Shown piece after piece: positions 25,973 through 34,499 of a DNA stretch of 34,499 nucleotides. Position 1 is the first letter of the stretch. The number at the start of each line of letters is the position of its first letter. The translations under genes and the position numbers were made by a program. Location: contig JAOPTW010000003.1 of assembly GCA_051532035.1 (NCBI GenBank), forward strand, positions 19,708 to 54,206, given 5' to 3'. The notes beneath the pieces are model-generated. The model worked only from the letters and a program-made list of their open reading frames with translations, was not told where the DNA came from and ran no database searches. This stretch comes from Fibrobacterales bacterium (GTDB lineage Bacteria; Fibrobacterota; Fibrobacteria; Fibrobacterales; JAOPTW01).

Positions 25973-28900
25973 ATGAATAAAAGAGACACGATGGAAAATC
26001 GAGCCATTGTACATGGTTCGAGTAACAATAAATCCTTTAAGCGAATGGTACTACTGGGAATACTACTGTTCAATAGTTTGCTGTATGCTGCACCATACTT
26101 TGGGCAAAATATGACGTATACTCAACCTGATGGTTCAGAGGTTATTCTTAAAATGTATGGTGACGAATATTATATGCGTGCTCTCACAGAAGATGGGTAC
26201 ACCGTTATTCGGGATGAGGATACCGGTTGGATCTGCTATGCTGAACTATCAGATAACAATCAACAATTGATATCAACTGGAATCCATTATACTCCAAAGA
26301 GTGGAATCTCAGCTCAATCAACTCAGACAAGGGATGCCCTGTTACATTTGGATAAGAATATCGACCTCCCTTCAGATGTTATTGAGTTAAAGCGACAAGA
26401 AGCGAAGGAGCTGTTGAAGCCAGTATCCCCTGAGATATCTTCGTCTGCAGCTTCTGCAATTGTTTCTCTTGCTGCGGAACCAACGCCTTCTTATGATGTT
26501 CGGGGACGTTATAAAGGGTTGACAATTCTCGTAGATTTTAGCGACGCACCGGCTACAACATCTTCAGCAGTATTTAGTGAATTTCTTAACAGCGAGACCT
26601 CTTCGGTAGGGAGTAATAATGGGTCACTCAAACGTTTTTTCTCTGACGTCTCAGGAGGGTTGGTTCAGTATGAAAATGTCGTATACGGATTTATCAGAGC
26701 TCCCAGAACATTTGCTGAATATGATGCAATGGGTTATGCCCAAGGGGCGCCAGAAATTCTAGGATATGCTCTTCAACAGATCGATGACATGGGGTTTGAT
26801 TTTTCTACACTTTCTACAACGGGAAACCAAATTACGGCTATTAACCTAATGTATACCGGTAATCCACGAGGGTGGTCACTGGGAATGTGGTACCATGCGA
26901 GTTCATATGGAGGTTTTACTGCTGACGGTGTTCGGTCGGGGCGATACAATACCTCTCCTGCAAATGGGACTCCAGAGCTCGCCACAGTTGCCCATGAAAA
27001 TGGACACATGCTTATGCACTGGCCAGATACCTACAAGTATAGTAGTGACACTGGTCCGGATGGTATTGGTGCATTTGATCTTATGTGTAACTATGGGAGT
27101 GGAACAAACCCTGTTCCTCCAAATCCTTATTTTAGATGGCTTGCAGGATGGACTACGGTTACTGATATTACCAATTATCAGGGGGATGTGAGTGATAATG
27201 CAAATGATAATACTATTCTAAAATACACTCGTACTGGGAATCCAAGAGAATTTTTTATTTTAGAAAATTCTCTAAAGCAGGGAAGACGTGCGTATAATCC
27301 AGACCAAGGTCTGACTATTTGGCATGTAGATCAAGATGGTAATAACCAGACAACGTATCATGAAGTTGATCTGGAGCATGCTAATAACAATATTCAGGAT
27401 CAGGGGGGGGCTTGTTGGAAACAAGGGCGTAATGAAAGCTTTACAAATTACTCAACTCCGAGTGCGCAGTGGCGAGATGGATCAGCAAGTGGATTAGAAA
27501 TTACTTCAGTAAGTTCTGTTGGGCAATCTCTCTCTCTGAGACTGGGTACATTGACTCCGGCTAATACCCCCCCAACCCTTTCTATAACTGCACCAGCTGC
27601 AGGTGAATATGAAGGAGCTGACCTCCCTCTTGCGGTATCTGCCGATGCACAGGATTCAGATGGATATGTTGAACGGGTAGAGTATTATATTAATGGCGAG
27701 TATTATACAACGAGCTATGTAGCTCCCTATACTTTCAATTGGGCCCCACAGCCGGGTACCTATCGTCTGACAGCCCAAGCATTTGATGATGAAAATGCGC
27801 CCTCTCTCCCACAGGAGCGAATGGTGACTATTAATCAAGAAGGTCTCATTTCTCAGGTAGACTGGAGTTTACATTATGTGAACAGTGAAGAAACCAGTAG
27901 TGAAAATGGTGCAGCTATAAACGCATTTGATGGTGACATCAATACCATATGGCATACAAATTATAGTAATGGTTCTGATGTGTTCCCTCATGAAATTCAG
28001 ATCAATTTAGCCGAAGTGTATGATTTGACCGGCTTCTCCTACACACCGCGTCAAGTGGGTGTTAATGGCACTATTATGCAATATGAACTCTATGTGAGTA
28101 TGGACGGCTCTCATTGGGGATCTGCTGTTACATCAGGTGCTTTTGCTGCTGATCAAAGTCAAAAGCAGGTAACGTTTAATAATGTAACTGGTTCATATAT
28201 ACGTTTTGTTGCGCTCTCAGAAATTAATGGGAACTCATGGGCATCTGCTGCAGAGATTAATCTGTATGGAACTCTGAATACACAAACTGCAATCGTGCTG
28301 CCTGGGCGATTAGAGGTTGAAGAGTATAATGAAGGTGGCGAGGGTATTGGATATCATGATGCATCTGCAGGGAACTCAGGTGGGGCGTATCGCGATGATG
28401 ATGTTGATATTCAAGTAACAACTGATATCAGTGGTGGCTATAATGTTGGGTGGACAAGCGCTGGAGAATGGCTTGCCTATGATGTGACTGTCGCGGAAAG
28501 TGGTTCCTATTCTATGACAATGCGTATGGCGTCAAACTCAACAGGAAATAAAACAGCACGGGTATTAATTGATGATGTTCAGGTTGCAGAATTTACCCTT
28601 ACAAAAATAGAGGGATGGCAAGCCTGGAAAGATATAACAGTGACTGGGGTTGATTTAACCACAGGTAATCATACACTGAAAATATCGTTGGTGAGTTCGT
28701 CGGTTAACATAAATTATGTGGATGTCATTAAAGAGACTGAGGAAAATAAGGTACCCATAGTAGCGATAACTTCTCCAGTCTCAGGTACGTATGATCAACA
28801 AACATTCTCCCTCTCTGCAGAGGCGCGTGATAGTGATGGGACAGTTGTACAAGTAGACTACTATATTGACGGAATCTTTTATCAGACAAGCGCTACTGCT

Positions 28901-29473
28901 CCTTATTGGGTAGATTGGACACCGTCAGAAGGTACGTACACCATTATAGCATATGCATGGGATGAGGAGTCTGCTTATGGGGCATCTAAAGAGATTACTA
29001 TAACTATTGGAGAGCAGAGTGGTATTGCATTGCCAGGGCGTATTGAGGCAGAAGAGTATAACGCTGGCGGTGAGGGGTATGGGTATCATGATCTGAGTTA
29101 TGGCAATTTGGGTGGTAAATATCGCAATGATGATGTAGATATTGAAACCACTCAGGATATAGGGGGCGGCTATAATGTTGGCTGGACCAGTACCGGTGAG
29201 TGGTTGGCGTATGATGTATATGTTCAGCAATCAGGAGAGTTTTCTCTAACAATGCGTATGGCTTCGGGGACGGCTGGAAATAAAACTGCATATGTATATG
29301 TTGATAATGATAGGGTGGCTACCTTTACCCTTACTGAACTCAGGGGATGGCAGCAATGGAGAGATGTAACGGTCTCAGGGGTCAATGTAACTGCTGGTAA
29401 TCATTTAATCTATATACAGATGGGATCATCTGAGTTGAATATCAATTATCTTGATGTGATCCCTACTCCCTAA
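25973..29473 (+). CDS. M6 family (immune inhibitor A-like) metalloprotease + Ig-like + F5/8 (CBM32) + CBM6 + Ig-like + CBM6
   Basis: Propeptide TQPDGS...GDEY...DGYTV, ILVDFSD, HENGHMLMHWPD zinc motif and FDLM Met-turn. NAFDGDINTIWHT discoidin and two GRxExEEY...GYNVGWT..GEWLAYDV CBM6 copies. AAAGGAG RBS. Confidence 0.9.
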   Translation: MNKRDTMENRAIVHGSSNNKSFKRMVLLGILLFNSLLYAAPYFGQNMTYTQPDGSEVILKMYGDEYYMRALTEDGYTVIRDEDTGWICYAELSDNNQQLISTGIHYTPKSGISAQSTQTRDALLHLDKNIDLPSDVIELKRQEAKELLKPVSPEISSSAASAIVSLAAEPTPSYDVRGRYKGLTILVDFSDAPATTSSAVFSEFLNSETSSVGSNNGSLKRFFSDVSGGLVQYENVVYGFIRAPRTFAEYDAMGYAQGAPEILGYALQQIDDMGFDFSTLSTTGNQITAINLMYTGNPRGWSLGMWYHASSYGGFTADGVRSGRYNTSPANGTPELATVAHENGHMLMHWPDTYKYSSDTGPDGIGAFDLMCNYGSGTNPVPPNPYFRWLAGWTTVTDITNYQGDVSDNANDNTILKYTRTGNPREFFILENSLKQGRRAYNPDQGLTIWHVDQDGNNQTTYHEVDLEHANNNIQDQGGACWKQGRNESFTNYSTPSAQWRDGSASGLEITSVSSVGQSLSLRLGTLTPANTPPTLSITAPAAGEYEGADLPLAVSADAQDSDGYVERVEYYINGEYYTTSYVAPYTFNWAPQPGTYRLTAQAFDDENAPSLPQERMVTINQEGLISQVDWSLHYVNSEETSSENGAAINAFDGDINTIWHTNYSNGSDVFPHEIQINLAEVYDLTGFSYTPRQVGVNGTIMQYELYVSMDGSHWGSAVTSGAFAADQSQKQVTFNNVTGSYIRFVALSEINGNSWASAAEINLYGTLNTQTAIVLPGRLEVEEYNEGGEGIGYHDASAGNSGGAYRDDDVDIQVTTDISGGYNVGWTSAGEWLAYDVTVAESGSYSMTMRMASNSTGNKTARVLIDDVQVAEFTLTKIEGWQAWKDITVTGVDLTTGNHTLKISLVSSSVNINYVDVIKETEENKVPIVAITSPVSGTYDQQTFSLSAEARDSDGTVVQVDYYIDGIFYQTSATAPYWVDWTPSEGTYTIIAYAWDEESAYGASKEITITIGEQSGIALPGRIEAEEYNAGGEGYGYHDLSYGNLGGKYRNDDVDIETTQDIGGGYNVGWTSTGEWLAYDVYVQQSGEFSLTMRMASGTAGNKTAYVYVDNDRVATFTLTELRGWQQWRDVTVSGVNVTAGNHLIYIQMGSSELNINYLDVIPTP
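28289..29470 (+). repeat. Internal duplication of the CBM6 module (about 28289-28729 and 29021-29470)
   Basis: Near-identical blocks such as GGCTATAATGTTGG.TGGAC.AG and ACAATGCGTATGGC occur in both copies. Confidence 0.85.
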
Positions 29474-29537
29474 ACAGATAGGAGCGTTTAGACAAAACGT
29501 ATCGCTATAAATACTTATCGAGTAGTGGATACGTTGT

Positions 29538-29579
29538 AAAGAGAGGCAGTGGTTTAATGAGAGACCAGTGCCTCTTTTT
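29538..29579 (+). terminator. Intrinsic terminator after the M6 gene
   Basis: AGAGGCAGTGGT...ACCAGTGCCTCT stem (one mismatch) followed by TTTT. Confidence 0.75.
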
Positions 29580-29755
29580 GTATCGGTGAAATGTGCATTA
29601 AAGCACACTCAAATAACTAAAATTAATTATATATAACTGAGCGTTCATGTACATCAGTTCAATTGGTGTAGAGCATCGTTATCTAATGGGTGTCCATAAT
29701 TGGGGTTGGGTCACATACACATAAACACACGCACACAACATGGGGATAATATAAT

Positions 29756-31243
29756 ATGAATAAAATAATGGTTGTAATAGGACTGCTCTTAGTAGTTGTA
29801 TCGCTTGGGGCTTGTGACAATACAATAGCTGTTAATGAAAGTCCAATCGATGAACCGTTGGAGTATCAAAAACCATTGGCTAAAGTGAGTGCAGCGGCAT
29901 CAAATATTATTACAGAAATAAGTAATACCGCCATACAGCTTACCTATCAGAGCAATGGTACGCCTTATGCATATGTCTATATGGATGGACAGATGGTTCG
30001 ACAGGGTTGGATGGAACAATCAAACGGGCAATACGCAATTATATTTGATGGATTTACTGCAGGTGATGAACTAGACGTATTCATTTATTACAATAACTTT
30101 GAAGCCAATACTGGTTTTTTCCACCATTCATTTTCGGGCGTTGCAGGCGATAAAGGTGTCGTTGAAGAGGTGGGGAGACATGATCTCCGTTTTTCAATTC
30201 AAAGTAGTGGTGATGCCTACCTCTATGTTTTTAAAAATGATCAGGTCATTTATCAGGCGTGGATGGATAATAGTGGAGGTGGTCAGTATAGTAAAACAGT
30301 TGGTGGCCTCAGTTATGGCGACCAGATTAAGTACTGGATATATTATAATAATAATGGAAGTAATACTGGGTATGTCGAGTATACTTTTGATGGTAGTGCG
30401 TTCCCTGATGGGCCAACAGCGTATCCAGGGTACACTGGAGTGTATTCTGGATATACCTTGGTGATTGATGAACGCTTCGATGGCAGTGATATCAATAATT
30501 CAATTTGGGCAAAGGGAGATGGTGGTGTTGGAGGGGAAACCATGTGTCGATTTCAACCTCAAGGTGTTGCAGTAAATAATGGCACAATGAAAATGACGGT
30601 GCGCAATGAATATGTTGCCGAAAGCTGGTCATATGATCATGGAAAAATGCGCCGGGCCGAAAACTACTCGTGTGGTGAACTCCGTACTAAAAATGAATAC
30701 CGGTATGGACGTATTGAAGCACGCTATAAACTGCCATCAACTCCTGCAACTGGATGTGTTCAGTCACTTTTTACCTATGATACTGACTATGATGAATGGG
30801 TCGAACTCGATATCGAGTCGGAGTGTGGGAGACCAGGAACAATGCAGTCAAATTATATCTATGGTGAGGGTGCAAGTACATGGAACTGGGAATGGCAGGC
30901 TACTCGAACCTGGGGTGCATGGGAGAGAGTACACACAACGCCAAAGTCACAAAAAGAGTGGATAACCTACGCAATGGAATGGACTCCTTCGCATGTAAAG
31001 TGGTTTATGGATGGTGTTGAAGTGAGACACATGGATGGGGGAATGATTGATTGTAATCCGAGTTGTATTGCACCAGCCATTAGATCGGCGCAGCTCCCCA
31101 GTCACTTTACCAAAATCATGATGAATTTTTGGATTCCTAATTTTGGTGTTGGACCAAATTTTGGAGGTGATCCTTCTGGTAATCAATATCCAATGGTTAC
31201 AGAATACGATTGGTTTAGATATTACTCACTCAATGGCTATTAA
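29756..31243 (+). CDS. GH16 beta-glucanase-like lipoprotein with two N-terminal CBM56-like repeats
   Basis: Lipobox LGAC and catalytic WVELDIE (ExDxE), with YGRIEARYK and YAMEWTP..VKWFMDG. Tandem Q.WM....GQY....G...GD.....IYYNN...NTG modules. Confidence 0.85.
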   Translation: MNKIMVVIGLLLVVVSLGACDNTIAVNESPIDEPLEYQKPLAKVSAAASNIITEISNTAIQLTYQSNGTPYAYVYMDGQMVRQGWMEQSNGQYAIIFDGFTAGDELDVFIYYNNFEANTGFFHHSFSGVAGDKGVVEEVGRHDLRFSIQSSGDAYLYVFKNDQVIYQAWMDNSGGGQYSKTVGGLSYGDQIKYWIYYNNNGSNTGYVEYTFDGSAFPDGPTAYPGYTGVYSGYTLVIDERFDGSDINNSIWAKGDGGVGGETMCRFQPQGVAVNNGTMKMTVRNEYVAESWSYDHGKMRRAENYSCGELRTKNEYRYGRIEARYKLPSTPATGCVQSLFTYDTDYDEWVELDIESECGRPGTMQSNYIYGEGASTWNWEWQATRTWGAWERVHTTPKSQKEWITYAMEWTPSHVKWFMDGVEVRHMDGGMIDCNPSCIAPAIRSAQLPSHFTKIMMNFWIPNFGVGPNFGGDPSGNQYPMVTEYDWFRYYSLNGY

Positions 31244-31293
31244 CATACTTTTGTAACGGTATCCAGAAACCGTAGTGGGTTTTGATAGAGTAT

Positions 31294-31316
31294 ATGGGCA
31301 GATTGAATCTGCCCAT
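31294..31316. terminator. Perfect hairpin between convergent genes
   Basis: ATGGGCAGATT-G-AATCTGCCCAT. Confidence 0.65.
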
Positions 31317-31326
31317 TCTAACATTA

Positions 31327-34300
31327 TTATCGTATGTACTTCACATACAGAATTCTGTTATCTGAAATAAGATGCAGAGAATTATCTTTAAAATGGTTCG
31401 TATTATATTCACCAATCTTCTGCCCAAAAAGAGTGTAGATGTCAACTCTCTTGGTGTTTGCTGGTATAGAGAGCTGTTGTGATGGACTCATAATTTGAGA
31501 CCATTGATTGTTTGACCTTACAGAAAGAGATGCGGTAGCATCGCTACTTTGCGTCATCGTTGATGAAAGGGGGGCATTCTCGCCACATGAACTGCTGAGC
31601 GTTTCACTTGATTCATTATCACTCGATGATTGGTCCATTGGTTTTTCTTGTGCTTCAAAACCTATGGTGAGTGATTCTATGGTAACACTTCCTTCTGTCG
31701 CTGCAATGCGGATACCATGGATGGTTGCTTCTTTACACATAAAAGAGTTTGGTATAGAAACAGTTGACTCTCCATCACCAGGTACAGTGCCATTGTAGAA
31801 TGTGTTCCCTTGTACGTCGACTGTGTAAGTAGCTGGTGTATTACTTGAGAGTAAAAGAGAAAGAGTACACTCTCCATAAGAAGGCGTGCGAAACATATAG
31901 CCTGTTGAATATCCATCAGTATGAGCAGTTAAAGTAAAGGAACCAGTGCCTTCAGGATTAGGGCTTTCTATAGTATGCATATCAAAGGCGAAACCTGGAA
32001 TAGTGACTGGGGCCAGTGCGCCAAAGGTTGGCTCAGGAACCGCCTCTGCGGCGAGGTCAAGAACTGCGCGGTATTGAGGAGATCCTTCTAACCCCGTTTC
32101 CCTATTATACGCCCCCCAAACGACAGGACCTTCATTGAGCAATGCCAAAAAGGCAAACATACTTCCTCCTACTTGAGCAAACGCTTGTACATGGTTATAA
32201 GACTCCTCGTACATGCGTTCATCCCAATGTATAGACCGGTAGAGTTCTTCATCATCAGTAAAATGTGGATGATTATCTCCTTCGTAGGCGAGGAACTCTA
32301 GCCCAAAGCCATGAGCCCAGGCGGCCTCTGCAAATAAGTTTTCGGCAAAAAGTACTTCGTTCCATTCACCATTATTCCAAATGGTTTCACTGGTAGGGAG
32401 TTGGTCCTCTGTATGTGACCAATAGGCACTACTTGAACCACCAAAGAAATAATAGTTTACTGTATGTAAATCCGCCCAGTCAGAGCGAGAATCTTTACCA
32501 CCATAATAGCGGTCGACAAAGAGCAGAGTCCGTGAGAGGAGGTCAATCCACCCTTTTTGCCAGCAGATTACTGGGCGTACTTGGGTCATCATACGATTAT
32601 CACCAAAGACCTCTCTAAAAATAGTACTCATGGTTACTGAACGCATTGCTTTATAGCGATAAAGAAGTGATGAAGAATCTGTTTCACCATCAAAATTAAG
32701 AGGATGGCCAAAGTTTTGTGCATGGTCGTTGACCCATTGTGTTTGAGGGAACCAGCCGCCCCAATTCCAGACCTCATTAGAATACTCTACATATAATTTA
32801 CTGGTAGTGTTTAGTGGCTCAACTGAAGCTGAACCATCTCTAAAGAGAAGCGCTAAGTTATGCATGTACTCATCGGTTACTTTATGGGGTACGCAGATCC
32901 ATGCATCTTTTTGGGTGGCGTTGGCAAGTTTGATTATCGATTCCCAAGCAGAGTAGTAGTGTTCAACGTGCTGAGATGCATTATTCCAGGGGACGGTCTG
33001 TTCCCAGAGTGAATCATTACTCCCGTTGGTATTCGTCCAGCCCATAAACCGAATAGTGGTATAGGGCGCAAGGAGCTCAATGTATTCTCTAGAAAAATCT
33101 TCATCAAATCGATGGGATTCGCTGCTTCCAGGGGCTACTGGTCTCATCATCTTTAGGTTTTTCACACCGCCCTGAGTATTGGTAATAGCAATGATCAATG
33201 TTTCGGCTTCGGGGTCGGTTATGGTTAGTGTTGTTGAAGTGATGTTAGAAATAGGGTCATGGGTGTGTGGGCCGATAACGGACCCCCATGAGCCGAGTTC
33301 ACCTACACCTTCAAAACGAACGGCATAGGTTCCATGTACTTGTTTTTGCCCATCAAAGACGAGTACTTGAAAGTCGCTCATTGGCCATCCATGAGTGTCT
33401 TTTTCGGGGGTATTTCCCGTTGCCGGATCTTGCGCTTGGTACATTCGGGCGGTTTTCATTACGTCGGCAAAGGGCTTGTTGCCATTCCAATCAATGGTAC
33501 CACCGGTATTCATGCCGATTGAGTAAGTCGTTGTAGAAGGAATTGATGTGGCTGGTGTGTATGATGAACTTGAAACGATACTACTTGACTGTTCTTGAGT
33601 CAATGAACTGCTTGAGGGTGCTCTTGAAGAGAAAGGGACTTCTCTGTAAGAACTACTTTCGTGAGGGGTTGATGATGATGAGCTGAGCTTTGTGACAGAA
33701 GACGAAAGTGCACCCGATGAGGACAGTTGCCGAGGGTCTTCGCTTGAGCTGAGGGGTTCTTGAGGTGATGGGAATACTCTACTGGTTCCATGTATATCAT
33801 TAAATGCAGTAAGTTCATTCCAGATGTAGGTTCTGATGGTAGAGTAGTTGTCAATAATTTGTTGCGGTATATCATTGGGGGTATTATATGATACAGGAAT
33901 TGGTTCTGCATAGATTGCAGAATAGTGAATAAGTGCCGCGAGAAAATAAAGACCTGGCTTGCCATGGGGGGCGTCGTCTTCGTAGATGTCAGTTAGAGGA
34001 ATTGTGTTGAGGGCAGGTATCGTTTGAAAGAGGCCACTGATAATAGGACCTACAGGGATCATTAATACTGGTGCACCGACAACCTCTGCATTGACGAGGT
34101 CTTGTAGGGCGATCCACCAATCATGAAATGCACCGCGGGTATGGGCATGGTAAGTGACCATGTCTGATGTGGTTGGTGGGTATTGAGGGAAACCCTCTGG
34201 CCAGTTTTCATATATATAAAATGCAACATTGGGTTCTTGACTTCTGGCGTAGTTAAGAATTTTGATAGTCGATTCTGTTGGGGTTTCACCATCATATTCT

Positions 34301-34499
34301 TCTGTGACCGGTTGCCCTTGGGTAAAGTTGGGATGTGTAAGTATCACATTCGTATAGTCGCTGTTGCCAAAGGATTGGTTCCAAGCGCTGGGGATACTGT
34401 CAAATGAAAATTGAGGACGGGGTGGGATTTTATGGTATGAGGGTTGTCCAAATTGACCATCAGTGGCCCACTTTTTCCCACCTGCTGTAGCAAGTCTTC
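31327..34499 (-). CDS. Secreted bimodular protein: SGNH-like domain + Ser linker + unclassified GH-A-like TIM barrel + beta-sandwich + C-terminal sorting-like domain (5' end outside window)
   Basis: The frame is open from the window edge (RLATAGGKKWATDGQFGQ...), so GTG 34347 is not the start. FYIYENWP, IPVG and YEDDAPHG (DxxH), then IRFMGW.NTN, DAWICVPH, YVEYSNEVWN and LAYEG. Confidence 0.75.
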   Translation of the reverse strand, partial: RLATAGGKKWATDGQFGQPSYHKIPPRPQFSFDSIPSAWNQSFGNSDYTNVILTHPNFTQGQPVTEEYDGETPTESTIKILNYARSQEPNVAFYIYENWPEGFPQYPPTTSDMVTYHAHTRGAFHDWWIALQDLVNAEVVGAPVLMIPVGPIISGLFQTIPALNTIPLTDIYEDDAPHGKPGLYFLAALIHYSAIYAEPIPVSYNTPNDIPQQIIDNYSTIRTYIWNELTAFNDIHGTSRVFPSPQEPLSSSEDPRQLSSSGALSSSVTKLSSSSSTPHESSSYREVPFSSRAPSSSSLTQEQSSSIVSSSSYTPATSIPSTTTYSIGMNTGGTIDWNGNKPFADVMKTARMYQAQDPATGNTPEKDTHGWPMSDFQVLVFDGQKQVHGTYAVRFEGVGELGSWGSVIGPHTHDPISNITSTTLTITDPEAETLIIAITNTQGGVKNLKMMRPVAPGSSESHRFDEDFSREYIELLAPYTTIRFMGWTNTNGSNDSLWEQTVPWNNASQHVEHYYSAWESIIKLANATQKDAWICVPHKVTDEYMHNLALLFRDGSASVEPLNTTSKLYVEYSNEVWNWGGWFPQTQWVNDHAQNFGHPLNFDGETDSSSLLYRYKAMRSVTMSTIFREVFGDNRMMTQVRPVICWQKGWIDLLSRTLLFVDRYYGGKDSRSDWADLHTVNYYFFGGSSSAYWSHTEDQLPTSETIWNNGEWNEVLFAENLFAEAAWAHGFGLEFLAYEGDNHPHFTDDEELYRSIHWDERMYEESYNHVQAFAQVGGSMFAFLALLNEGPVVWGAYNRETGLEGSPQYRAVLDLAAEAVPEPTFGALAPVTIPGFAFDMHTIESPNPEGTGSFTLTAHTDGYSTGYMFRTPSYGECTLSLLLSSNTPATYTVDVQGNTFYNGTVPGDGESTVSIPNSFMCKEATIHGIRIAATEGSVTIESLTIGFEAQEKPMDQSSSDNESSETLSSSCGENAPLSSTMTQSSDATASLSVRSNNQWSQIMSPSQQLSIPANTKRVDIYTLFGQKIGEYNTNHFKDNSLHLISDNRILYVKYIR

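Noticed and set aside
4711..29695. GGACAC hexamer in six intergenic regions (4711, 12812, 15384, 19074, 19843, 29690)
   Set aside because: Short, picked post hoc, at inconsistent distances from starts, and one copy overlaps an RBS. Not supportable without statistics.
30099..30965. Alternative-frame plus-strand ORFs of about 120 aa inside GH16
   Set aside because: The main frame is intact with clear motifs, and there is no frameshift signal or independent RBS.
34345..34347. GTG at 34347 as the start of the last gene
   Set aside because: The frame stays open to the window edge and no signal peptide follows this GTG, so the real start lies outside the window.

Overview
This is a bacterial window, most likely from a Fibrobacterota-type polysaccharide degrader. 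That assignment is inferred from a TIGR02147-family gene, long poly-Ser linkers and short C-terminal sorting-like domains. The window opens with the right part of an internally deleted IS3-family element and an AT-rich SAM methyltransferase gene. The rest is almost entirely genes for exported proteins. These are a GH141-like beta-helix enzyme, a 14-repeat RCC1 lipoprotein, a beta-helix lipoprotein, a TIGR02147 + DUF2341/LamG lipoprotein pair, a GH29 alpha-L-fucosidase followed by a divergent GH29/GH107-like enzyme, an EEP lipoprotein, a 1674-aa VWA adhesin-like protein, an M6 metalloprotease with CBM32/CBM6 modules, a GH16 lipoprotein with CBM56-like repeats, and a 5'-truncated SGNH-like + unclassified TIM-barrel hydrolase. 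Two small divergent genes sit in the longest intergenic gap. I saw no SusC/D, transporter, rRNA, tRNA or CRISPR. Three signals stand out. First, a palindrome ATGT(A/T)A-N9-T(A/T)ACAT recurs upstream of several genes, and one copy abuts a perfect 17-bp inverted repeat next to the TIGR02147 gene, suggesting an undescribed regulon. Second, four hydrolases share a shortened T9SS-like C-terminal signal. Third, there is a set of putative fucose/fucoidan-active enzymes. All family calls are by-eye motif recognition, not database results.
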